Assembly: GCA_964517465.1 (NCBI GenBank)
Contig: CAZFEK010000028.1
Location: forward strand, 1 to 32,000
Direction: 5' to 3'
DNA length: 32,000 nt
From: an uncultured Alcaligenaceae bacterium
Lineage (GTDB): Bacteria; Pseudomonadota; Gammaproteobacteria; Burkholderiales; Casimicrobiaceae
The position numbers and the translations under genes were made by a program. The notes beneath the pieces were generated by a model. It saw only the letters and a program-made list of their open reading frames with translations, had not been told where the DNA came from and did not search any database. Shown here in pieces: positions 7,702 through 14,609 of this stretch. Position 1 is the first letter of the stretch, and each line of letters begins with the position of its first letter.

Positions 7702-9054
7702 ATGGCCTATGCCGATTTGCGGGCCTACCTCGATGACCTCGGCGACGCGCTGATCCGCGTGACCGAGCCCCTGCACCCCCGCTTCGAGGTGGCGGCGCTG
7801 CTCTCCACCCTGCAGAACGAGGGGCGTGCGGTGTTGCTGGAGCAGGTGGCGGGTTATCCCGGCCGGCGCGTCGTGGGCAACCTGCTGGCGAGCCGCGGTT
7901 TGGCGGCGAAAGCACTGGGCTGCGCGGAAAAAGACCTGGTCGCCGGCTACGTCGCGCGCAGCGCCGGGCGCGTAGCACCGGTCCGGGCGCGGGAGGTGCC
8001 GGTGCAAGCGGTGGTGCATCGCGAGCCCGGCGATGTTTCCGCCCTGCTGCCGCTGCTGACCCATTACGAAAAGGACGCCGCGCCTTTTCTCACCTGCGGC
8101 GTGGTGCTGGCGCGCGACCCGGCAAGCGGGCGGCGAGGCATGGGCATCCATCGCATGATGTGGAAAGGCGGCCGGCGTTTCGGCATGCTGCTCGCCAATC
8201 CGCCGCTGTCGCAATTCCTGGCGGCCAGCGAGGCCAAGGCTGAGCCTCTGGAGGTGGCGGTGGCGCTGGGGGTCGACCCGGCCACACTTTTGGCGGCGGT
8301 GGTCAAGACCGGACCGGGCGGCCCCGACAAGCTGGACATCGCCGGCAGTCTGCGCGGCGCGCCGGTGGAACTGGCACCGGCGCTGTCCGTGGCGCTCGAA
8401 GTGCCGGCCCGCGCCGAGGTGATCCTCGAAGGGCGCATCCTGCCGGGCCTGCGCGAGCCCGAAGGACCCTTCGGCGAAAACACCGGCTATTACTTCCAGA
8501 ACCACAGCCCGGTGATGGAAGTCACCGCCCTCACGCATCGCGAGGACTTCATCTTCCCGGCCCTGGTGCCCTGGACGGCCGAAGTGGATACGCTGCTGTC
8601 GCTCGCCGGCGGCGCCGAGTTGTTGGGCCAATTGCAAGGCCTGGTGCGCGGCGTCACCGATCTCGAAATCACGCCCGGCACGTGCAGCTTCGCCGCCGTG
8701 ATCGCGGTGAAGGACTGCCCCAAACACGAGGTGCGGCGCCTCATTCACCTCGCACTCAATCTCGATCGGCGGCTGAAAAGCGTAACCGTGGTCGATGACG
8801 AAGTGGATATCAGGAAGCCCCGCGACGTGGCCTGGGCGCTGGCCACGCGCTGGCAGCCGGCGCGCGACACGGTGCTGCTCGAAGGTCTGGAGGCTTATGT
8901 CATCGACCCATCGGTGGGCGGTGGCGCGGCCTCGAAAGTGGGCTACGATGCCACTCGCGGACCGGGTGGCGAATTTGAACGTATCGCCCTCCCGGCCGCC
9001 GCCGTGGCCCGGGCGCGCGTGGTGGCCGCATCCATTCTGGGAGCTCGTCGATGA
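7702..9054 (+). CDS. Third UbiD-family (de)carboxylase paralogue, function unknown
   Basis: ATG at 7702 gives the N-terminus MAYADLRAYLDDLGDALIRVTEPLHPRFEVAALL, typical of UbiD. The motif EGPFGENTGYYF is present. 450 aa. The stop overlaps the ubiX start. Confidence 0.85.
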   Translation: MAYADLRAYLDDLGDALIRVTEPLHPRFEVAALLSTLQNEGRAVLLEQVAGYPGRRVVGNLLASRGLAAKALGCAEKDLVAGYVARSAGRVAPVRAREVPVQAVVHREPGDVSALLPLLTHYEKDAAPFLTCGVVLARDPASGRRGMGIHRMMWKGGRRFGMLLANPPLSQFLAASEAKAEPLEVAVALGVDPATLLAAVVKTGPGGPDKLDIAGSLRGAPVELAPALSVALEVPARAEVILEGRILPGLREPEGPFGENTGYYFQNHSPVMEVTALTHREDFIFPALVPWTAEVDTLLSLAGGAELLGQLQGLVRGVTDLEITPGTCSFAAVIAVKDCPKHEVRRLIHLALNLDRRLKSVTVVDDEVDIRKPRDVAWALATRWQPARDTVLLEGLEAYVIDPSVGGGAASKVGYDATRGPGGEFERIALPAAAVARARVVAASILGARR

Positions 9055-9635
9055 AAATGGCAGTAGGAATTTCCGGCGCCAGCGGCGCGATTTACGGCAT
9101 ACGCATCCTCGAGGTCCTGCAAAAGGCGGGGGTGGAGACGCATCTGGTGATGTCCGATTCGGCCAAGCGCACCATCGCCTATGAAACCGATTATTCGGTG
9201 GAGGCGGTGAAACAGCTGGCCAGCGAAGTGCATGACATCAACGATGTCGGCGCCTGCATTTCCAGCGGCTCGTTCAAGCATGCCGGCATGGTGATCGCAC
9301 CCTGTTCGATCAAAACCTTGTCCGCGATCGCCAATTCCTTCAACACCAACCTTCTGATCCGCGCCGCGGACGTGTGCCTCAAGGAGCGCCGCAAACTCGT
9401 GCTGATGCTGCGTGAAACACCGCTGCACGCCGGCCACCTGCGGCTCATGACCCAGGTCACGGAAAGCGGCGCGGTGCTGGTGCCGCCGCTGCCGGCCTTT
9501 TACCACCGACCCAAGACCCTGGAGGACATCATCATGCAATCGGTCAACAAGGCGCTCGACCAGTTCGATCTCGATCTCGATCTGTTCAAGCGCTGGACCG
9601 GCAACGAGGAGCGCGAGGCCCTGAAGAAACGGTGA
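9051..9635 (+). CDS. ubiX: UbiX-type flavin prenyltransferase (prenyl-FMN synthase)
   Basis: There is an ATGA overlap with the upstream gene. The N-terminus MAVGISGASGAIYGIRILEVL, plus MVIAPCSIKTLSAIANS and LKERRKLVLMLRETPLH, is a close UbiX/Pad1 pattern. Confidence 0.92.
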   Translation: MKMAVGISGASGAIYGIRILEVLQKAGVETHLVMSDSAKRTIAYETDYSVEAVKQLASEVHDINDVGACISSGSFKHAGMVIAPCSIKTLSAIANSFNTNLLIRAADVCLKERRKLVLMLRETPLHAGHLRLMTQVTESGAVLVPPLPAFYHRPKTLEDIIMQSVNKALDQFDLDLDLFKRWTGNEEREALKKR

Positions 9636-9645
9636 GGAACGGAGC

Positions 9646-10053
9646 GTGGCGGTCACCGAAGCGGAAACCCTGGTGCTCTTGGGCGAAGCCTGTTCCGGGC
9701 TGGGCGAGGGAGCGAGCTTCACCCAACTCGATTGGGTGAGGCGGGAGTTTTTGTCCAGGCTTGGTTTCGAACCCTATCCGGGAACCTTCAACCTGCGGAT
9801 GAAGGGGGCTTCTTGGGACCAGGCGCGCCGGGTGCTGGCCCGAGAAGCGGGGATTGCCATTACGCCGGCGCCGGGTTTTTGCGCCGCCAAGTGTTTCCAT
9901 GTCGTGGTGGCGGGGTGCATCACTGGCGCGGTGGTGTTCCCGGATGTGGCAGATTACCCGCCGGAAAAGTTCGAAGTCATTTCGGCCGTGCCCGTGCGCC
10001 AGACGCTGGGCCTTGCCGATGGGGACGAGGTTTCGATCAGCGTGGTGTGTTGA
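9646..10053 (+). CDS. Archaeal-type CTP-dependent riboflavin kinase homologue (DUF120/RibK family)
   Basis: GTG start 10 nt after the ubiX stop. The motifs LGEACSGLGEGASF, LGFEPYPGTFNLRM and GAVVFPDVADYPPEKFEVISAVPVRQTLGLADGDEVSI parallel my memory of the MJ0056 family (SGLGEG, GFEPYEGTLNLKL, GAIVVP...IEIIAP...L.DGD). Confidence 0.7.
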   Translation: MAVTEAETLVLLGEACSGLGEGASFTQLDWVRREFLSRLGFEPYPGTFNLRMKGASWDQARRVLAREAGIAITPAPGFCAAKCFHVVVAGCITGAVVFPDVADYPPEKFEVISAVPVRQTLGLADGDEVSISVVC

Positions 10054-10086
10054 AGCACCGGCTGAGTTTTTTGCGGAGAAACGTTC

Positions 10087-10548
10087 ATGATCGGCAATAT
10101 CACCAAAGAGCTTCCCGAGCGCCTCGTTGGTTTCCTGCGGCCCGGAGCACCCGGCTTGCTGCTGAGCTGCGGCGCCGATGGTTATCCCAGCTCGGCTTAT
10201 ACATGGGTGATGGTCATCGATGCGAAGCGCCTGCGTTTCGGCGTCGACCACGGCGGCTCGGCGATGGCCAACATCGAGCGCAGCGGCCAGGCTTCGTTGC
10301 AGATCATCGGCCCGGGGAACGTGGTGTTTCTCATCAAGGGCTCGGCCCGCAAGGTCAAAGAGCGTATTGCGGCGGCGGAGCCGGCATCGATTGCCTTGTA
10401 CGAAATGGCGGTGTTTGGCGCCAAGGACCAGTCGTGGCCCGGCGTGTCCACCACGGCGCTTTGTTATGAATGGCCGGCAGAGAACCGTGCGGCCATGCTC
10501 AAGATGGAACAGGACGTTTACGCGGAAATGCGCGACCTCTCAGTTTGA
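10087..10548 (+). CDS. PNPOx-like FMN-binding split-barrel family protein (putative)
   Basis: GGAG lies 8 nt upstream of the ATG. 153 aa. The overall pattern (LLLSCGADGYPSSAYTWVMVIDAKRLRFGVDHGGSAMANIERSGQASLQIIGPGNVVFLIKGSA) fits pyridoxamine-5'-phosphate-oxidase-like general flavoproteins. The assignment is by pattern only. Confidence 0.5.
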   Translation: MIGNITKELPERLVGFLRPGAPGLLLSCGADGYPSSAYTWVMVIDAKRLRFGVDHGGSAMANIERSGQASLQIIGPGNVVFLIKGSARKVKERIAAAEPASIALYEMAVFGAKDQSWPGVSTTALCYEWPAENRAAMLKMEQDVYAEMRDLSV

Positions 10549-10570
10549 TTTTGCACCAAGAAAGACTTTG

Positions 10571-11860
10571 ATGTACTTCGATCCGAATACCGAAACGTTG
10601 CCCCGCGAAGAACTCGGGCGGTTGCAACTGGGGAAGCTCCAGGCGCAAAGCCGCGAGCTCTGGGGCAAGAACCTTTTCTACACGGAGAAATGGAAGGCTG
10701 CGGGGACGACACCGGACGACCTTCGATCGCTCAGCGATTTGGCGCGACTGCCGCTGACGACCAAGAGCGAACTGATGGAGGACCAGGCTGCCTTTGGCCC
10801 CTTTGGGCGCAACCTGACTTACCCCATCGAGCGCTATGTGCGTTATCACCAAACTTCGGGTACCACCGGTGTGCCGCTCAAAGTGCCTGACACCGAGGAG
10901 GGCTGGCAGTGGTGGGGGCGCTGCTGGGGGCATGTGCTGGCCGGAGCGGGTGTCACCGCAGCAGACCGCATATTCATGGCGTTTTCTTTCGGGCCTTTCG
11001 TAGGCTTTTGGGCCGCCACCGAAGGCGCGCGCAAACTCGGGGCAATGATGATTCCGGGGGGCGGGCGGGATTCTCCGCAGCGCCTGGAATTGATGCGTGA
11101 AGTCGGCGCCACGGTGCTGTGCTGCACGCCAACCTATGCGCTGCGATTGGCGGAGGTGGCAAGAGAGATCGGTTTCGATCTCGCGGCCATACCGATCAAG
11201 GCGACGGTGCATGCGGGCGAACCCGGTGCCAATGTGCCGGCCACCAAGGCGCGCATCCAGGAAGTGTGGAATGCGAAATGTTTCGATCATGCGGGGGCCA
11301 CCGAAGTTGGCGCGCACTCCTTCGAATGCCAGGCCCAGCCCGGCGGCACCCACCTGATCGAGAGCGAGTACATCGCCGAAGTGCTGGATCCGGCCACCGG
11401 CAAACCGGTGGCCGAAGGCGAGCGAGGCGAGTTGGTGATCACCAACCTCGGGCGTTGGGGCTTTCCCATCATTCGCTACAAAACCGGCGACATCGTGCGC
11501 ACCACGACTGAACGCTGCGCCTGCGGCCGCACTTCGCTGCGTTTCGAGGGAGGCATCCTGGGGCGCGCGGACGACATGGTGACGGTGCGCGGCGTCAACG
11601 TCTTTCCCGCCGGCGTGGAAAACATCTTGCGCAAGTTCGTGGAAATTGACGAGTACCGCGTCACGGTTTCGAAAGTGCGGCAGATGGATGAAATGGAAGT
11701 TGAGGTCGAATTGTGCGAAGGCGCGGATCCGAACATCGTGCACGCCATCGCCGAACGCCTGGATGCCGTGCTTTCCTTCCGTCCGCGGGTGCAGAGCCTG
11801 CCACGAAACGCGCTGCCCCGCTTCGAGTTGAAGGCGAAGCGGTTTCATGTGCAGCGGTGA
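10571..11860 (+). CDS. PaaK / coenzyme-F390-synthetase-type adenylate-forming ligase
   Basis: The internal ATG at 10571 of listed ORF 10220..11860 gives 429 aa. The longer form would overlap the previous gene. Motifs are YHQTSGTTGVPLKV, YKTGDIVR and GRADDMVTVRGVNVFP, and the length is typical of the phenylacetate-CoA ligase family. Confidence 0.85.
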   Translation: MYFDPNTETLPREELGRLQLGKLQAQSRELWGKNLFYTEKWKAAGTTPDDLRSLSDLARLPLTTKSELMEDQAAFGPFGRNLTYPIERYVRYHQTSGTTGVPLKVPDTEEGWQWWGRCWGHVLAGAGVTAADRIFMAFSFGPFVGFWAATEGARKLGAMMIPGGGRDSPQRLELMREVGATVLCCTPTYALRLAEVAREIGFDLAAIPIKATVHAGEPGANVPATKARIQEVWNAKCFDHAGATEVGAHSFECQAQPGGTHLIESEYIAEVLDPATGKPVAEGERGELVITNLGRWGFPIIRYKTGDIVRTTTERCACGRTSLRFEGGILGRADDMVTVRGVNVFPAGVENILRKFVEIDEYRVTVSKVRQMDEMEVEVELCEGADPNIVHAIAERLDAVLSFRPRVQSLPRNALPRFELKAKRFHVQR

Positions 11861-11918
11861 GGGCATGAAGACTCCGGGTGCGCGACGATTCCAGCGCAAA
11901 CTTTGAGTCGGGCGGGCG

Positions 11919-12698
11919 ATGCCGCTGATCCGGCGCGAAGCGCCCGCGCCCGCCGGCCAAGCCGAGCCTGGCGCATCCGTCCCGAAGGGCACGGTGGTAT
12001 ATGCCATCGGTGATGTGCATGGGCGCGACGATCTGCTGGCCGAGGTACAAGCGGGCATTCTGGCCGATTCGGGGACCCGAGACGCCAGTCGACGGGTGGT
12101 GGTTTACCTCGGCGACTACTTCAGCCGGGGGCGTGATTCGCGTGCCGTCGTCGAAGGCGTGATTCGCTGGCGCCCGGCCGGATTTGAAATCGTGACGCTC
12201 AAGGGCAATCACGAAGATCTGATCCTGCGCTTCATGCAGGGCAATCTTCGCACCGGCAAGCACTGGCTCGATTTCGGCGGCGTCGAAGCGCTGGCCCAGT
12301 ACGGCCTGCCCATGGCCGATCCCGCAGCACGGGACGACGCGACCCTGAGCGAGCTCTGCGAGCGCTGGCAGGACGAGTTGCCTGAGCATCACCTGCGCTT
12401 CCTGCTTGAACTGGTGCTCCATCACCGCGAGGGAGACTATTTCTTCGCGCATGGCGGTGTTCTGCCCGGGGTGCCGCTATCCGAGCAGAAAGAGCGAGAT
12501 TTGATTTGGATTCGCAATCGTTTCCTGCACTCCACCGTCGATCACGGTGCGGTCGTGGTTCACGGCCACTGCATTTGCGAGCAACCAGAGGTGCGCAGCA
12601 ATCGCATCGGCATCGACACCGGGGCTTATCGGAGCGGCATCTTGACCTGTTTGGTGCTCGAGGGGAAACGAAGGCAGTTTTTGCAGACGCGCGGGTGA
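11919..12698 (+). CDS. Calcineurin-like metallophosphoesterase (PrpA/ApaH-like Ser/Thr phosphatase family)
   Basis: Motifs are VYAIGDVHGRDD, VYLGDYFSRGRDS, LKGNHEDL, FFAHGG, VVHGH and IGIDTGAY. The gene is co-directional and starts 58 nt after the ligase gene. Confidence 0.8.
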   Translation: MPLIRREAPAPAGQAEPGASVPKGTVVYAIGDVHGRDDLLAEVQAGILADSGTRDASRRVVVYLGDYFSRGRDSRAVVEGVIRWRPAGFEIVTLKGNHEDLILRFMQGNLRTGKHWLDFGGVEALAQYGLPMADPAARDDATLSELCERWQDELPEHHLRFLLELVLHHREGDYFFAHGGVLPGVPLSEQKERDLIWIRNRFLHSTVDHGAVVVHGHCICEQPEVRSNRIGIDTGAYRSGILTCLVLEGKRRQFLQTRG

Positions 12699-12940
12699 GT
12701 CGTCCCCCCCCCCGCCCGCGCCAGCAGAGAGAAGCTTCCCCGCCACAAGTTTGAGTGGGGCCGCCCCGGGGGTACGCATCGTGTCGCTCACCCCCGCCGC
12801 AAACGGCCGGGCTTGCGCTCGACCCGTGGTGAAAAGCCGGAGCGGGCGCAGCCCGCGAGCCGCGCTCGCCTCCTTCCATGGGAAGGGGGAGGATCCTTCG
12901 GCGAGCCGCAGCCGGTCGGCCCATCGGCGCGAAAACGCGG

Positions 12941-13132
12941 TTACTGCGGGTTCTCGCCGGCAGAGGGATCGGCATTGCCTTCCTGCTGAGCCACGCGAAA
13001 TTCTTCCTTGGCCCAGGCGGCCAGATCCTGAGTCTTGCACCGCTCCGAGCAGAACGGGCGAAAGCGGTTCTCGGGGATCCAGGGAGTCAACTCGCCGCAA
13101 GTCGGGCAAGAAACAAGGCGGGGGGAGTTCAC
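12941..13132 (-). CDS. yacG: DNA gyrase inhibitor YacG (zinc-ribbon protein)
   Basis: The sequence [36 protein letters not shown] is present. My start is a GTG at 13132 that overlaps the zapD stop (GTGA), giving 63 aa. The listed 104-aa ORF would overlap zapD extensively. Confidence 0.8.
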   Translation of the reverse strand: MNSPRLVSCPTCGELTPWIPENRFRPFCSERCKTQDLAAWAKEEFRVAQQEGNADPSAGENPQ

Positions 13133-13944
13133 AGATTGCAGAAGGCTAGTTCGAAATCGATGTTGCCTTCGACCACTCGCGGTCTTTCGACGCGGCTGGG
13201 TTCGAGGAAGCGCACGTTCAGCGCATATTTGTTGGCGCTGACTTCCGGCACGCAATGGGCCTCTTCCGACACACCCACACGCAGCAGTTGCGCCGTCTTG
13301 GCGGTGGTGAGCATGAGCTGGAAGACACCGTTATGGGCGGTATGCGTCACTACTTTGCCGCTGTCGCGCATCAGCCGCAGCAAGATCGCCAACGCGCCTT
13401 CCACCGGCAGCATCGGTTCGAGCCACGCGGTAAGATCCTGGCGCCTGACTTCCGCGGGCAAGTTGAGCCAGTAGTGGTAGCCCGGCAGATCGAACTCGCA
13501 CACACCTCCCGGCAGCCCGGCGCGTTGTTTGACGCCCATCAGCCATTCGCTGGACCGCATGTGCTGCCCGAGCTTGCCCTGAAGAGCGTGAAGATCAGCG
13601 CTCACGGCTTCGATTTGGGCGATGACTTGCTCGAGCGTGTCTTGCACGATCGAGGGGTTGTTGCGCCAGCCGGCAAAGATCTGGCGCTGGCGCTCCAGTT
13701 CTTGCAGCACGTCGGACTTCAAGTCTGCGCGGGCGGCGACATCGATGATTTCGAATAGCGCCAGCAATCCGACGTGATGTTCGAGCGGATCCTCTCGCGC
13801 GATGAAAAAAATCGCCCGGCGAAAAATGTCTTCGAGCCGCATGAGAGTGCGCACGCGTTCGTTGAGCGGGAATTCGTAGCGGATCACGCTGGCGGCTCGA
13901 AGAGGTTCACATTGAGATTCTGCTACAAAACGCGAGAGTTTCAA
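13129..13944 (-). CDS. zapD: Cell division protein ZapD
   Basis: The N-terminal [21 protein letters not shown] and the C-terminal [10 protein letters not shown] parallel E. coli ZapD (LFEHPLNEKMRTWLRIEFL ... LDFELACC). The start is a TTG at 13944 overlapping the coaE stop. A GTG 19 codons downstream is an alternative. Confidence 0.85.
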   Translation of the reverse strand: MKLSRFVAESQCEPLRAASVIRYEFPLNERVRTLMRLEDIFRRAIFFIAREDPLEHHVGLLALFEIIDVAARADLKSDVLQELERQRQIFAGWRNNPSIVQDTLEQVIAQIEAVSADLHALQGKLGQHMRSSEWLMGVKQRAGLPGGVCEFDLPGYHYWLNLPAEVRRQDLTAWLEPMLPVEGALAILLRLMRDSGKVVTHTAHNGVFQLMLTTAKTAQLLRVGVSEEAHCVPEVSANKYALNVRFLEPSRVERPRVVEGNIDFELAFCNL

Positions 13945-14594
13945 ACGTTGGTTTGATCGAGCCGGGGCTTCGGGGCCGTGGCACCGCCGTTCGGGGTCGA
14001 TCCAAGGGCGCGATAGACTTCGTCCAAGGCCCGCACCTGAGCATCGATCGCCTCAGGGGGGCCGGCGTTGTCGATGACATCGTCGGCGGCCGCAAGTCGC
14101 TCGGCCCGGCTTGCCTGAGCGGCCATGATGGCGCGCACCTCTTCGGCTTTCAGGCCACTGCGGGCCTTCACGCGGCGAATCTGTTCTTCCTCGGGGCAGT
14201 CGACCACGAGCAAGCGGTCGACCTGCGAACGATAGCGCCCGCCTTCGATCATCAAGGGGACCATCAACAGGCCGTAAGGGCCTCGCCAGTGGGCCATTCG
14301 GCGGGTTATCTCGGCTCCGATCAAGGGGTGCAGCGCGGCTTCCAGACGGGCTTTGGCTTCGGGGTTGCCGAAGACCAGGCTGCGGATCTTTGGGCGATCG
14401 AGCTCGCCGTCGGCTTGCAAAACCGCCTCGCCAAACGCAGCGCGTACCGCCTGCCAACCGCAAGCGCCTGGACGGGAGATCTCGTGGGCAATCTGATCGG
14501 CGTCCACCAGGTCGGCGCCTAAGGCAAGGAAGCGATCGGCAACCGTGCTCTTGCCCGAGCCTATGCCTCCGGTAAGGCCTACGATCAATGCCAT
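13941..14594 (-). CDS. coaE: Dephospho-CoA kinase
   Basis: The N-terminus MALIVGLTGGIGSGKSTVADRF carries the P-loop. The conserved position is after pilD and before zapD/yacG. Confidence 0.9.
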   Translation of the reverse strand: MALIVGLTGGIGSGKSTVADRFLALGADLVDADQIAHEISRPGACGWQAVRAAFGEAVLQADGELDRPKIRSLVFGNPEAKARLEAALHPLIGAEITRRMAHWRGPYGLLMVPLMIEGGRYRSQVDRLLVVDCPEEEQIRRVKARSGLKAEEVRAIMAAQASRAERLAAADDVIDNAGPPEAIDAQVRALDEVYRALGSTPNGGATAPKPRLDQTNV

Positions 14595-14609
14595 CGCGAG
14601 TGCTTGGGG

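Noticed and set aside
9567-9584. Hexanucleotide tandem repeat GATCTC-GATCTC-GATCTG with three GATC sites at the ubiX 3' end.
   Set aside because: Only three units, in frame, simply encoding the acidic tail DLDLDL. It is too short to argue for slippage or methylation-based regulation.
10220-10570. 546-aa version of the ligase ORF overlapping the split-barrel gene.
   Set aside because: The extension is Arg/Ser/Cys-rich with no motif. PaaK-family proteins are about 430 aa, which matches the ATG at 10571.
1-12698. The phenol cluster as a demonstrable genomic island or mobile element, or any defence system or CRISPR array in the window.
   Set aside because: There is no integrase, transposase, flanking direct repeat, tRNA attachment site or obvious compositional break. 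There are no repeat-spacer arrays and no recognisable defence-gene motifs. Island status would need comparative genomes.
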